64,000 nt of DNA from Nostocoides sp. (GTDB taxonomy: Bacteria; Actinomycetota; Actinomycetes; Actinomycetales; Dermatophilaceae): the NCBI GenBank assembly GCA_047974805.1, contig JBKECS010000066.1, positions 27,133 through 91,132 of the forward strand, in the 5' to 3' direction. Under the pieces are notes generated by a model that saw only the letters and a list, made by a program, of their open reading frames with translations, searched no databases and was not told the origin of the DNA. Below, piece after piece: positions 34,338 through 44,527 of the stretch; position 1 is the first letter of the stretch, and each line of letters opens with the position of its first letter. The position numbers and the translations under genes are program-made.

Positions 34338-36992
34338 ATGACCACAGGCCCCACCGCATCGTCCCGGATCCCCGAGCGCCCCTCGCTTGATGGACTCGAG
34401 GAGAAATGGGGCCAGGTATGGCGCGAGAACGACACGTATGCCTTCGACGCCGCCGCGGCACTGGCCGCCGAGCGCGAGCAGATCTGGGCCATCGACACTC
34501 CCCCGCCGACCGCCAGCGGATCCTTGCACCTCGGTCACGTGTTCGGCTACACCCAGGCCGACTGCATCGCCCGCTTCAAACGGATGAAGGGGCTGCACGT
34601 CTTCTACCCGATCGGGTGGGATGACAACGGCCTGCCGACCGAGCGACGGGTGCAGAACTACTACGGGGTGCGCGGCGATGCGAGCCTGCACTTCGACCCC
34701 GACTTCACCCCGCCTCAGACCGGCGGTGAGGGCAAGTCGACCAAGGCCGCCGATCAGGTGCCGATCAGCCGCCGCAACTTCATCGATCTCTGCGAGATCC
34801 TCACCGTCGAGGACGAACAGACCTTCGAGGACACCTTTCGTCGGCTCGGGCTGAGCCTGGACTGGAACGTCCAGTACCGCACAATCGACGAGCATTCCCG
34901 GGCCACCGCCCAGCAGGCATTCCTGCGCAACCTTGCCCGTGGCGAGGCATACCAGTCCGAAGCCCCCGGCCTGTGGGACGTCACTTTCCAGTCCGCCGTC
35001 GCCCAGGCCGAGCTCGAAGCCCGGGATTATCCGGGCGCCTACCACCGGGTCGCCTTCCACACCGGCACTGGGCCTACGGACGATGCGGTGTACATCGAGA
35101 CCACTCGTCCGGAGCTGCTGCCTGCCTGCGTCGCGCTCATCGCCAACCCGGAGGATGAGCGGTACACGCACCTCTTCGGCACGACCGTGACCTCGCCGGT
35201 GTTCGGGGTTGCCGTGCCCGTGCTAGCCCACCCCGCGGCGGAGATGGACAAGGGCGCCGGCATCGCCATGTGCTGCACGTTCGGTGACCTCACCGACGTG
35301 CAGTGGTGGCGCGAGCTGCAGCTGCCGACCCGTTCGATCATCACCCGCGCCGGTCGGATCGCGCCGGAGACCCCGAGCTGGATCACCTCCGCCACCGGTG
35401 ACGCAACGTATGCCGATATGGCCGGCAAGACCGTCTACTCCGCCCGGGCAGTCGTCGTCGATGCCCTCCGAGAGTCCGGCGATCTGGACGGGGAGCCGAA
35501 GGCCACCCAGCGCAAGGCGAACTTCTTCGAAAAGGGCGACAAGCCGCTGGAGATCGTCACCTCTCGGCAGTGGTACATCCGCAACGGTGGCCGCGACGCC
35601 GATCTGCGCGCGGAGTTGGTCGCTCGCGGTGAGGAGATCGCCTGGCACCCGGCATACATGCGCTCCCGGTACGAGAACTGGGTCGGCGGCCTCAACGGGG
35701 ATTGGCTGGTCTCCCGGCAACGGTTCTTCGGGGTGCCCATCCCGGTCTGGTATGCCGTGGGGGCCGACGGCGAGATCGACTACGAAACCCGGATCGTGCC
35801 GGGCGAGGATGCGCTGCCGGTCGACCCGGCGTCCGAGCCGGCGCCCGGATTCGAGGAGTCCCAGCGCGGCATACCGGGCGGGTTTGTCGGGGACCCTGAC
35901 GTCATGGACACCTGGGCGACGAGTTCGCTGTCACCGCAGATCGCCGCCGGATGGCGTGGTGGGCCGGGCTACAACCCGGAGCTGTTCGCCAAGATCTTCC
36001 CCTTCGACCAGCGGCCGCAGGGCCACGACATCATCCGGACCTGGCTGTTCGCCACCGTGGTGCGGGCCCACCTGGAAGACGGCACGATCCCGTGGACGAA
36101 CGCGACGATCAACGGGTGGATTCTCGATCCGGACCGCAAGAAGATGTCCAAGTCCAAGGGCAACGCGACGACCCCGATCGACCTGCTCATCGACCATGGC
36201 ACCGACGCGGTCCGCTATTGGGCCGCGGCGGCACGTCCGGGCACCGACACGGCGTTCGACACTGCGCAGATGAAGGTCGGGCGCCGCTTGGCCATCAAAT
36301 TGCTCAACGCGAGCAAGTTCGCGCTCGGTATCGGCGCTGATGACGAGATCACCGTGCCGTCGGTTGATGACGCCTTGCCTGCCGTCACCCACGCGCTGGA
36401 TGTGTCCATGCTCGCCCGTCTGGCCGGAGTGGTCGAGGCGGCCGGCGCGGCATACGAGGCCATGGACTACGCCCGGGCTCTGGAAGTCAGCGAAACCTTC
36501 TTCTGGAGCTTCTGCGACGACTACCTGGAGCTGGTCAAGGACCGCGCCTACGGCGGTCGCGGCGAGCAGGGTGCACGCTCGGCACGGGCTGCCCTGCGGC
36601 TCGCCCTCGATGTGCAGCTGCGGCTGTTCGCGCCGGTGCTGTCCTTCGCTGCCGAAGAGGTCTGGTCCTGGTTCCACGACGGATCAGTGCACGTGGCGAA
36701 CTGGCCAACGCCGGCGGAGCTCCGCCCCAGCGTGGACGCAGATCCGGACATGTTGCCCGTCGTGGCGGCAGCACTCTCAGGGATCCGCAAGGCCAAGTCG
36801 GACGCCAAGCTCGGGATGAGGGCCGAGGTGGCCTCGATGACGCTGGTCGCCTCGCGCTCGGACGCGGATCGGATTGCTGCGGGCGAGGCTGACCTACGCG
36901 CGGCCGGCCGGGTCAGCGGCGAGTTCACCCTCGTCGACGGTGAGCATCTCGAAGTCAAGGACACCGTCCTCATCCCGGTCGCAAAACCCTGA
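34338..36992 (+). CDS. valS: Valine--tRNA ligase
   Basis: PPPTASGSLHLGHVFGY (HIGH-type) and KKMSKSKGN (KMSKS). 884 aa. Confidence 0.95.
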   Translation: MTTGPTASSRIPERPSLDGLEEKWGQVWRENDTYAFDAAAALAAEREQIWAIDTPPPTASGSLHLGHVFGYTQADCIARFKRMKGLHVFYPIGWDDNGLPTERRVQNYYGVRGDASLHFDPDFTPPQTGGEGKSTKAADQVPISRRNFIDLCEILTVEDEQTFEDTFRRLGLSLDWNVQYRTIDEHSRATAQQAFLRNLARGEAYQSEAPGLWDVTFQSAVAQAELEARDYPGAYHRVAFHTGTGPTDDAVYIETTRPELLPACVALIANPEDERYTHLFGTTVTSPVFGVAVPVLAHPAAEMDKGAGIAMCCTFGDLTDVQWWRELQLPTRSIITRAGRIAPETPSWITSATGDATYADMAGKTVYSARAVVVDALRESGDLDGEPKATQRKANFFEKGDKPLEIVTSRQWYIRNGGRDADLRAELVARGEEIAWHPAYMRSRYENWVGGLNGDWLVSRQRFFGVPIPVWYAVGADGEIDYETRIVPGEDALPVDPASEPAPGFEESQRGIPGGFVGDPDVMDTWATSSLSPQIAAGWRGGPGYNPELFAKIFPFDQRPQGHDIIRTWLFATVVRAHLEDGTIPWTNATINGWILDPDRKKMSKSKGNATTPIDLLIDHGTDAVRYWAAAARPGTDTAFDTAQMKVGRRLAIKLLNASKFALGIGADDEITVPSVDDALPAVTHALDVSMLARLAGVVEAAGAAYEAMDYARALEVSETFFWSFCDDYLELVKDRAYGGRGEQGARSARAALRLALDVQLRLFAPVLSFAAEEVWSWFHDGSVHVANWPTPAELRPSVDADPDMLPVVAAALSGIRKAKSDAKLGMRAEVASMTLVASRSDADRIAAGEADLRAAGRVSGEFTLVDGEHLEVKDTVLIPVAKP

Positions 36993-37002
36993 CCATCCTT
37001 GG

Positions 37003-37062
37003 TTGAGTGTGCGTAACTCGCCCGGGATTCGGTCGGGTCCCGGGCGAGTTACGCACACTCAA
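37003..37062. terminator. Bidirectional terminator hairpin between convergent genes
   Basis: Perfect 25-bp inverted repeat TTGAGTGTGCGTAACTCGCCCGGGA (37003-37027) / TCCCGGGCGAGTTACGCACACTCAA (37038-37062) with a 10-nt loop. Confidence 0.7.
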
Positions 37063-37067
37063 CGTTG

Positions 37068-37745
37068 TCAGGCGGGGGTCGGCGTGGCCGCTGCCAGGTT
37101 TCCGCGGGCACGCACGGCCCGTTCACCGGTGGGTTCAACGCAGATCCACGGGATGTCCCAGCCGGCCAGCCCCAGCGCGTGTCCGGCGAACTCGTCTCGG
37201 CGAAGGACCCGGACGGTCCCGCTGGCCGGTTCATAGACCTTCAGTGCTCGATCCCCGTGGCCGGGGAGCACGAGAACGACGTGCCGAGGCAGGTAGTTGT
37301 TGCCGACATAGAGCACTCCGGGCTCCCCGTCGGCAACGACATCGACCAGCCGGTCATAGTCGGCGACCAACCCCTTCCGGTCCCCAACACGGCACTGGTC
37401 GACGGCATACCGTGCGCCAAAGCGGGCCGCACCGAGTTCCAGCTCACGCTTTGCCCCCCAAGGCGGGGTCCCCAGGACCCGCGGCCAGGGTGGCTGTACT
37501 GACCGACCGAGGATCCACAGGCCGTTGGTTCGCCGCATGACGATCCGCTCGTATGCCGCGAACCGTTCCGCCGGGGTTTCTCCCGCCGGGGAGGTTGGAA
37601 GGACAGGCTGGCCGGTCTGTATCCACGAGGCGAACATGGGGTCGACGAGCATGCGGGCCACGGTCAGGCAGGCAGAACCGCAGGTTGTCGGAGACTGTTG
37701 AACCGGGCCGGTGGAGCCGATGGTCAGTCGGAAGGGTGTCGACAC
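37068..37745 (-). CDS. Conserved hypothetical protein, possible papain-like cysteine peptidase fold
   Basis: 225 aa. N-terminal QQSPTTCGSACL resembles the Gln/Cys active-site region of C39-like peptidases, with a later candidate His in LPRHVVLVLPGH. This is inference only. Confidence 0.45.
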   Translation of the reverse strand: MSTPFRLTIGSTGPVQQSPTTCGSACLTVARMLVDPMFASWIQTGQPVLPTSPAGETPAERFAAYERIVMRRTNGLWILGRSVQPPWPRVLGTPPWGAKRELELGAARFGARYAVDQCRVGDRKGLVADYDRLVDVVADGEPGVLYVGNNYLPRHVVLVLPGHGDRALKVYEPASGTVRVLRRDEFAGHALGLAGWDIPWICVEPTGERAVRARGNLAAATPTPA

Positions 37746-37764
37746 GGCAAGCAGCCGTGTCGAC

Positions 37765-39042
37765 TTAGGCCGACCGCTTGCGCGGAGAACGCTTCGGCGG
37801 CTCGTCCTGGCGCACGATGGTCGGCAGGACGTTCTTCAACACGACGTCCCGGTTCACCACGACCTTGGTGATGTCATCTTCGCTGGGCACGTCGAACATG
37901 ACCGGCAGGAGGACCTCCTCCATGATCGCCCGAAGTCCGCGGGCGCCGGTACCTCGGGACAGCGCCTGCTCCGCCACGGCCTCTACCGCGTCCTCGGTGA
38001 ACTCCAGCTCGACCCCGTCGATCGCGAACATCTTCTGGTACTGCTTGACCAGCGCATTACGGGGCGTGGTGAGGATTTCGACGAGGGCCGCCCGGTCCAG
38101 CGGGCTCACCGTGGTGATGACGGGCAGGCGCCCGATGAATTCGGGGATGAGGCCGAACTTCATGAGATCTTCGGGCATGACGTCGTGGATGGATTCGGCC
38201 AAGTCCATCGGTGTGTGCAACTCCGAGCCGAAGCCCAGGCCCTTCTTGCCGTTGCGGGACTCGATGAGCTTCTCCAGGCCAGCGAAAGCGCCGCCCACGA
38301 TGAAGAGCACGTTCGTCGTGTCGATCTGGATGAACTCCTGGTGGGGATGCTTGCGCCCGCCCTGGGGAGGCACCGAGGCAGCGGTCCCCTCGAGAATCTT
38401 CAGGAGTGCCTGCTGGACTCCCTCTCCGGAGACGTCCCGGGTGATCGAGGGATTCTCCGACTTCCGGGCGATCTTGTCGACCTCGTCGATGTAGATGATC
38501 CCGGTCTCGGCCTTCTTGACGTCATAGTCCGCAGCCTGAATCAGTTTGAGCAGGATGTTCTCGACATCCTCACCGACGTAGCCGGCCTCGGTCAACGCCG
38601 TGGCGTCGGCGATCGCGAAGGGCACATTGAGCATCTTGGCCAGCGTTTGCGCTAAGTAGGTTTTTCCGCACCCTGTCGGCCCGATGAGCAGGATGTTGGA
38701 CTTGGCGATGTCGACGTGGTCAGCGTCGCGCTTGGCGCCGCCCTCGCCGGCCTGGATGCGCTTGTAGTGGTTATAGACGGCAACCGCTAGGGCACGCTTG
38801 GCCACGTCCTGGCCGATGACGTATTGCTGGAGGAACTCGAAGATCTCGCGGGGTTTGGGCAGGTCGGCAAGCTCGAGGTCGGTGGTCTCCGCAAGTTCTT
38901 CCTCGATGATCTCGTTGCACAGGTCGATGCATTCGTCGCAGATGTACACACCTGGTCCGGCGATGAGCTTCTTGACCTGTTTCTGCGACTTGCCGCAGAA
39001 GGAGCACTTGAGCAAGTCGCCACCGTCACCAAGTCGCGCCAC
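37765..39042 (-). CDS. clpX: ATP-dependent Clp protease ATP-binding subunit ClpX
   Basis: Zinc ribbon CSFCGKSQ...CDECIDLC and Walker [10 protein letters not shown] prefer the GTG at 39042 (GGAAGG 9 nt upstream) over the GTG at 39048. Confidence 0.95.
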   Translation of the reverse strand: MARLGDGGDLLKCSFCGKSQKQVKKLIAGPGVYICDECIDLCNEIIEEELAETTDLELADLPKPREIFEFLQQYVIGQDVAKRALAVAVYNHYKRIQAGEGGAKRDADHVDIAKSNILLIGPTGCGKTYLAQTLAKMLNVPFAIADATALTEAGYVGEDVENILLKLIQAADYDVKKAETGIIYIDEVDKIARKSENPSITRDVSGEGVQQALLKILEGTAASVPPQGGRKHPHQEFIQIDTTNVLFIVGGAFAGLEKLIESRNGKKGLGFGSELHTPMDLAESIHDVMPEDLMKFGLIPEFIGRLPVITTVSPLDRAALVEILTTPRNALVKQYQKMFAIDGVELEFTEDAVEAVAEQALSRGTGARGLRAIMEEVLLPVMFDVPSEDDITKVVVNRDVVLKNVLPTIVRQDEPPKRSPRKRSA

Positions 39043-39211
39043 GAGCACAGCCTTCCGTCGTCACCTTCTGCGGGTGGAGCACCCATCGGCCCCGACGGTA
39101 CCCGCCGCCGGCGGCCTTAGCCTCCATTGAAACCCCGGTGTCGCGTCTGCGTCTGCCCTTGTCAGCTATCAGCGCAACCTCGTCCGGCTGGGCACCGACG
39201 GCGATCTGCGT

Positions 39212-39895
39212 CTAGTTGCTTGCCTTGCGGGAGCTGAGCACCTCGTCGATCAGGCCGTACTCCTTGGCCTGGTCGGCAGAGAGGATCTTGTCCCGCTCGA
39301 TGTCCTGTTTGACCTGCTCGGGGCTACGACCACTGTGCCGAGCGATGGTGTCCTCGAGCCAGGTACGCATACGGAAAATCTCGTTGGCCTGGATCTCGAC
39401 GTCTGAGGCTTGACCGCCACCACCCTCGACGGCAGGCTGATGGATCAGGATGCGACTGTTCGGCAGGGCGAACCGTTTGCCAGGTGCTCCGGCACCGAGC
39501 AAGACGGCGGCCGCCGACGCGGCCTGGCCGATGACGAAGGTCTGCACGTCCGGCCGGATGTATTGCATGGTGTCGTAGATGGCCGTCATGGCGGTGAACG
39601 ACCCGCCCGGGCTGTTGATGTACATCAGCACGTCACGGTCGGGGTCTTGGGACTCCAGCACGATGAGCTGGGCGATGATGTCATCCGCCGATGCGTCATC
39701 GACTTGGACCCCGAGGAAGATGATCCGGTCCTCGAACAGCTTGGTGTACGGGTCCTGGCGCTTCATCCCATAGGACGTGCGCTCTTCGAACTGCGGCAGG
39801 ATGTATCGCCCGCGCGGAGCGGACCCGGTGTAGACGCCGGATGGGGTGGGGAAGGTCATGGGCATGGTGTCCTTGTCGTCTCGCTGGCCGGTCAC
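39212..39895 (-). CDS. clpP2: ATP-dependent Clp protease proteolytic subunit 2
   Basis: [21 protein letters not shown]...[11 protein letters not shown]...[11 protein letters not shown]...ILIHQP. The GTG overlaps the clpP1 stop (GTGA). An internal ATG (MPMTF) is an alternative start. Confidence 0.92.
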   Translation of the reverse strand: MTGQRDDKDTMPMTFPTPSGVYTGSAPRGRYILPQFEERTSYGMKRQDPYTKLFEDRIIFLGVQVDDASADDIIAQLIVLESQDPDRDVLMYINSPGGSFTAMTAIYDTMQYIRPDVQTFVIGQAASAAAVLLGAGAPGKRFALPNSRILIHQPAVEGGGGQASDVEIQANEIFRMRTWLEDTIARHSGRSPEQVKQDIERDKILSADQAKEYGLIDEVLSSRKASN

Positions 39896-40524
39896 TGCTT
39901 CGAGCCGGTGTCCGCGGCCGCGTCGTCCTGGCGTCCGGGGGCATCCTGCGCCCGGGTGATGACGTGATCGACGAAGCCGTAATCGAGGGCTTCGTGCGCG
40001 GTGAACCAGCGGTCCCGATCGGAGTCTTCGGTGATCTTCTCCAGGGTCTGTCCGGTGTGTTCGGCGATGAGTTCAGCCATCTGACGCTTCATGGCCAGGA
40101 GGAGTTCAGCCTGGATCTTGACATCCGTTGCGGTTCCGCCGATACCACCCAGGGGCTGGTGCATGAGGATCCGTGCGTGCGGGGTGGCATACCGCTTGCC
40201 CTTGGTGCCGGCAGACAGCAGGAACTGCCCCATGGAGGCAGCCATGCCCATGGCCACGGTAGCCACGTCGTTCGGCACCCACTGCATGGTGTCGAAGATG
40301 GCCATTCCGGCGGTCACCGACCCACCGGGAGAGTTGATGTAGAGCCAGATGTCCTTCTCAGGGTCTTCGGCGGCAAGCAGCAGCATCTGTGCGCAGATGG
40401 CATTGGCGTTGTCGTCGCGCACATCCGATCCGAGGAAGATGATGCGCTCCTTGAGGAGCCGATTGAAGATGTGGTCATCGAGGCCGGGCTGGGGCCCGGT
40501 CGCGGCGATGAGGGGCTGCGTCAC
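39892..40524 (-). CDS. clpP1: ATP-dependent Clp protease proteolytic subunit 1
   Basis: [21 protein letters not shown]...[12 protein letters not shown]...[11 protein letters not shown]...ILMHQP. Confidence 0.93.
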   Translation of the reverse strand: MTQPLIAATGPQPGLDDHIFNRLLKERIIFLGSDVRDDNANAICAQMLLLAAEDPEKDIWLYINSPGGSVTAGMAIFDTMQWVPNDVATVAMGMAASMGQFLLSAGTKGKRYATPHARILMHQPLGGIGGTATDVKIQAELLLAMKRQMAELIAEHTGQTLEKITEDSDRDRWFTAHEALDYGFVDHVITRAQDAPGRQDDAAADTGSKQ

Positions 40525-40629
40525 AGGTACTCCTTGGCAGGCCGAGCTGCCTGCGCTGCTGAGATGGATCTGTTAGGTGTCAGTGACCCTAACGCTCCAC
40601 CACCGGCAACGATTCCGATTGGCCGCTCT

Positions 40630-40643
40630 GTTCGCCGTGAGCG
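40630..40643. promoter_or_regulatory. ClgR-type operator candidate upstream of clpP1P2
   Basis: GTTCGC-CGTGA-GCG matches the GTTCGC-N5-GCG motif reported for Streptomyces ClgR, as I recall it. It lies about 105-120 nt upstream of the clpP1 start. Confidence 0.35.
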
Positions 40644-40753
40644 CAAGCATGACGGCACCGACCAGGAACAAGCGGTCAGAATGCCCGTGGACGGCCGCAT
40701 GGGTGGACGGTCGCATGGGGTCGCGGCACGCTGGCCCGACAACTTCGCAAGAG

Positions 40754-40800
40754 AACCCGGAGGTTCGCTGGGGAAACTTTGCCTTGTGAACCTCCGGGTT
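40754..40800 (-). terminator. Stem-loop terminator after the MFS gene
   Basis: Perfect 13-bp inverted repeat AACCCGGAGGTTC (40754-40766) / GAACCTCCGGGTT (40788-40800), 25 nt after the stop at 40825. Confidence 0.55.
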
Positions 40801-40824
40801 TCCTTGTCACGGCTGTATCCGCGC

Positions 40825-42135
40825 CTAGTCCGTTGACCGTGCTGTAGAGACCGCCGGAACCGCAAAGACGGCGATGAGGAGCAACACGACGACAACGCTG
40901 AACGCGGGCAGGATGCCGACCCGGTCGCCCAGGTGCCCCAACAGCGGCGGTCCGGCGATGAAGGCGCCATAGCCGATGGTGGCGACGACGGACATCCGTG
41001 CTGCGGCACGGCGCGGGTCATCGGCGGAGGCACTCATCCCGACCGGGAAGCCCAGCGCGGCGCCCACTCCCCAGATCCCGGCGCCGAGGTAGGCCGCCCA
41101 GACCGGGCCGACGATGACCAGGACCGCCCCGACGATGGCGATGAGGAACGTTGTCCGAACCACCGTGACTCGCCCGTACCGATCGATCAACGAGCCACCG
41201 AGCATCCGGGCGAGGGTCATGAACAGCAGGAAGACCGCAAAGGCAAGGGTGCCGGCCCACCTCGGCACGCCGTAGCCATCGACGAAGCCCACCGCGAGCC
41301 AATCGTTCGCGGTCCCCTCGGTGAATGCCGCGGCGAAGACGACCATCCCGATGACCAACGTCCGCCGCTCCAACCACGCCGAACCCGCTTCGATGTGCTC
41401 TCGACGACGAGACTTACCCGCTCGCTCTCCCCCAGGCACACTGGCCTGACCGACGTCACCCATCTCACTGGCCTGACCGACGTCACCCATCTCACCGGAG
41501 TCAGCCCAGCCCAAGACCCCCTCGACGGTCCAGCTTGGGCCCGTCCCCGCGGGCACCTCGACCGGCGCCGGGGCCACCTCATCCTCGGGCAGGAACCGCG
41601 CGGTGACCCACCAGCCCAGCCCGACGATGACGACCCCGACAACCGCCAGGTGCCCAAGGATCGAGACGCCGGCATAGGACATCGCGGCCCCCACCAACGC
41701 GGCAACGACCGTGCCCGCGGAAAACCCCGCGTGGTAACTGGGCATCACGGTCCGTCCCAGATCTCGCTCCACCGTCGCGCCCTCGAGGTTCATCGCCACG
41801 TCCCACACCGCTACCCCGATACCGAGCAGCGCCAGGCTTGCTGCGAGCACCCACCTGTTGTCGAGGGTGGTGATGCCGAGCCCGATCCCCACGTTGCTCG
41901 CGAGGGCGGTCGCCAGGCCGATCCGGATGGCGCCCACGACACCTACTCGGGTGGCTAGGCGTCCCGACAGGGGCAAGGCGATCAACGACCCGACCGAGGT
42001 GAAGAGCAGGGTGCTGCCGAGTTCGCCAGGGGTTAGCGCCAGCGCGTGTTTGGCATCGGCAATCCGGGCTGCCCAGCTGGCGAAGCACACGCCGGCCAAG
42101 GCGAAGACGACGAGAACCGCCCGGTGAGCCGCCAC
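40825..42135 (-). CDS. MFS transporter with an enlarged central loop
   Basis: Two blocks of 6 hydrophobic helices, separated by a charged loop that contains a 9-aa tandem duplication. Confidence 0.8.
   Translation of the reverse strand: MAAHRAVLVVFALAGVCFASWAARIADAKHALALTPGELGSTLLFTSVGSLIALPLSGRLATRVGVVGAIRIGLATALASNVGIGLGITTLDNRWVLAASLALLGIGVAVWDVAMNLEGATVERDLGRTVMPSYHAGFSAGTVVAALVGAAMSYAGVSILGHLAVVGVVIVGLGWWVTARFLPEDEVAPAPVEVPAGTGPSWTVEGVLGWADSGEMGDVGQASEMGDVGQASVPGGERAGKSRRREHIEAGSAWLERRTLVIGMVVFAAAFTEGTANDWLAVGFVDGYGVPRWAGTLAFAVFLLFMTLARMLGGSLIDRYGRVTVVRTTFLIAIVGAVLVIVGPVWAAYLGAGIWGVGAALGFPVGMSASADDPRRAAARMSVVATIGYGAFIAGPPLLGHLGDRVGILPAFSVVVVLLLIAVFAVPAVSTARSTD
41441..41494. repeat. Perfect in-frame 27-nt tandem duplication inside the MFS central loop
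   Basis: CTGGCCTGACCGACGTCACCCATCTCA occurs at 41441-41467 and again at 41468-41494, encoding EMGDVGQAS twice. Confidence 0.9.
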
Positions 42136-42176
42136 GAGGGCGGCGTCACCGGGCGGTGTCGGGTGCTTGTCGGCGT

Positions 42177-43559
42177 TCAGGCGTCCTCAGCAGAGGTCGC
42201 GGCCGGTGTCTCCTCAGCGGACGTCTCGACCGGTGCCTCCTCGTCGGCAACCTCATCCGCCCCGTCCTCGACCTCGTCCGAGTCCTCCTGCTCACCGGGC
42301 AGAGCGGCGTTGAGGTCAACCGGGTTGCCGGAGGCGTCGGTGACGACCGCGAGCTCGAGGACCCCGGCCAGAGCCTTGCGGCGGGTGACCTCGCCAACCA
42401 TCGCGCCGATCTGCCCCTGCTGATCCATCGTTTGGGCGAATTGGTTGGGGTCCATGCCGTATTGCTGGGCGCTCATGATCAGGTACTCGATGAGCTCCTG
42501 CTGCCCGACCTCGACGTTGTCCTTCTCGGCGATCGCGTCGAGAAGGAACTGCGTCCGCAGCGCCTTGCGGGTCGACTCGTCCACCTCGGCCCGGTGCTCG
42601 TCATCGTCCATCCGCTCCTCTCCCTCGAGGTGGGCGTCGACCTCGGCCAGGACGAGTCCATCCGGCACCGGGATCTCGATGGTGTCCAGCAGATGCTCAA
42701 GGACCTTGTCCCGGGCTTGCACCCCCTGGTCGAACTTCTTGCCCGCCTCGACCTGCTTGACCGCATCGGCCCGCAGCTCGTCCAAGGTGTCGAACTCCGA
42801 GGCGAGTTGGGCGAAGTCATCGTCCAACTCGGGCAGTTCGCGGATCTTGACCGCTGTGACCGTCACGACGCAGTCGGCGTTTTCGCCGGCATGTTCGCCA
42901 CCGGCCAGGGGCGCGGTGAACTCCTTGCTCTGCCCGGCAGCCAGGCCGGTAATGGCCTCGTCCATACCGTCGAGCATGTTCCCCGACCCCACCTCGTAGG
43001 ACACCCCAGACACAGAATCGACCTCTTCGCCGGCGACGGTCGCGCTCAGGTCGATGGTGACGAAGTCGCCGTCCGCGGCGGCGCGCTCCACACCCACCAG
43101 GGTCCCGAACCGTTGCTGCAGCGAGGTCAACCGATCGGCGACCTCATCGTCGGTCACCACAGCGTCGTCGACCTGGACGGCGATCCCGGCCAGGTTGGGC
43201 AGATCGATCTGAGGACGCACGTCGGTCTCGACGGTGAAGGACAGCTCCTGGCCCTCCTCCAGAGGAACCTCAGTGACCTCGACGTCTGGACGCCCGATGG
43301 CCTTGACCTCGTTCTCCTCGACGGCGCGGCCGAAGAACTCTGGCAGGGCTTCGTTCACGGCCTCTTGGACGACCGCGGCGCGTCCGATCCGCTGGTCGAT
43401 GATCCGCGCAGGCACCTTGCCGCGCCGGAAGCCCGGCACCTGGATCTGGCCGGCGATCGTCTTGTATGCCTGGTCCAGGCTCGGCTTGAGCTCCTCGAAC
43501 GGGACCTGCACAGTCAGCTTGACGCGGGTCGGGTTGAGAGTCTCGACGGCAGTCTTCAC
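42177..43559 (-). CDS. tig: Trigger factor
   Basis: VKTAVETLNPTRVKLTVQVPFEELKPSLDQAYKTIAGQIQVPGFRRGKVP is the typical N-terminus. GTG at 43559. Acidic C-terminal tail. The track ORF over-extends to 43715. Confidence 0.93.
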   Translation of the reverse strand: MKTAVETLNPTRVKLTVQVPFEELKPSLDQAYKTIAGQIQVPGFRRGKVPARIIDQRIGRAAVVQEAVNEALPEFFGRAVEENEVKAIGRPDVEVTEVPLEEGQELSFTVETDVRPQIDLPNLAGIAVQVDDAVVTDDEVADRLTSLQQRFGTLVGVERAAADGDFVTIDLSATVAGEEVDSVSGVSYEVGSGNMLDGMDEAITGLAAGQSKEFTAPLAGGEHAGENADCVVTVTAVKIRELPELDDDFAQLASEFDTLDELRADAVKQVEAGKKFDQGVQARDKVLEHLLDTIEIPVPDGLVLAEVDAHLEGEERMDDDEHRAEVDESTRKALRTQFLLDAIAEKDNVEVGQQELIEYLIMSAQQYGMDPNQFAQTMDQQGQIGAMVGEVTRRKALAGVLELAVVTDASGNPVDLNAALPGEQEDSDEVEDGADEVADEEAPVETSAEETPAATSAEDA

Positions 43560-43751
43560 AACGGGCCTTCCACTGGAATGAACGTCTCGGGGAGCGCACC
43601 GGGACAGACCGCCGGCAGCACACGTGAACCAGCAGACCATGCTAGCCGTATGCCGCACTCGGGCCGAATCGTCCGGCCCACCGGCAATCCCCTCCGATGA
43701 GCAGGAACCCGGCATGCCGCATACCGACCGGCGCCGGTGGCTCCTACTCCG

Positions 43752-43825
43752 TCGGGGTAGCCGGATTTGAACCGGCGGCCTTCCGCTCCCAAAGCGGACG
43801 CGCTACCAACCTGCGCCATACCCCG
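43752..43825 (-). tRNA. tRNA-Pro (anticodon TGG)
   Basis: The minus strand reads CGGGGTATGGCGCAGGTTGGTAGCGCGTCCGCTTTGGGAGCGGAAGGCCGCCGGTTCAAATCCGGCTACCCCGA. It folds as a cloverleaf with anticodon loop TTTGGGA and T-loop GGTTCAAATCC. CCA is not encoded. Confidence 0.9.
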
Positions 43826-44007
43826 TTGCTGTCAAGCTCCGCGTTCGAACGGCCCGTTGGACCGTCATGCCGGCAGGAGTCCGCTGCTGCCGGCGGCGAC
43901 GGCGGTTTGGGAGCCGGGAACGCGGGCATTAGGCTAGCCCCTGCCTTGCCCGGGTGCGCAATCCGGCCCTGACGGACCGGCGGCTGCGGCCGTGGGCAGC
44001 GCACCCT

Positions 44008-44081
44008 GCGGGCGTAGCTCAATGGTAGAGCCCCAGTCTTCCAAACTGGCTACGCGAGTTCGATTCTCGTCGCCCGCTCCA
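44008..44081 (+). tRNA. tRNA-Gly (anticodon TCC)
   Basis: GCGGGCGTAGCTCAATGGTAGAGCCCCAGTCTTCCAAACTGGCTACGCGAGTTCGATTCTCGTCGCCCGCTCCA. Anticodon loop CTTCCAA. CCA is encoded. Confidence 0.9.
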
Positions 44082-44113
44082 GCCGTGAGGGGCACCGGAC
44101 CTACAGTGGTCCG

Positions 44114-44527
44114 GTGCCCCTCACCTTCTTCACCGCCAGCGTCTGCCTGCTCGATGCACCGCGGCTGCTGACCGTCCGCAAGCAGGGCACCGCGCGGTTT
44201 ATGCTGCCCGGCGGCAAGATCGAGCCCGGCGAGACCCCCCTGGAATGCGCCATCAGGGAGACGCGTGAGGAAACCGGGCTGACCCTCGACCCCACCACGG
44301 TGTCCTGGCTCGGGCATTGGGTTGCCCCCGCAGCCAACGAGCCGGGCGCAATGGTCGACTCGGTGGTCCATGTGGCTGCCTGTCCGGACACCCCGGAGCC
44401 GGCCAACGAGATCGCCGAGGTTGTCTGGCTGGACCCGACCGGCACGATCCCACCGGACTTGGCGCCGCTACTGGTCCGGCACGTCCTGCCGGCCGTCCGC
44501 GATTGGCTCAGCGCCGCACGGCAGTGA
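44114..44527 (+). CDS. NUDIX hydrolase
   Basis: Nudix box GGKIEPGETPLECAIRETREETGL. 137 aa. Confidence 0.85.
   Translation: MPLTFFTASVCLLDAPRLLTVRKQGTARFMLPGGKIEPGETPLECAIRETREETGLTLDPTTVSWLGHWVAPAANEPGAMVDSVVHVAACPDTPEPANEIAEVVWLDPTGTIPPDLAPLLVRHVLPAVRDWLSAARQ

Noticed and set aside
43826-44007. Possible small gene or ncRNA between tRNA-Pro and tRNA-Gly.
   Set aside because: I found no convincing ORF, hairpin or conserved RNA motif. This is probably just the divergent tRNA promoter region.
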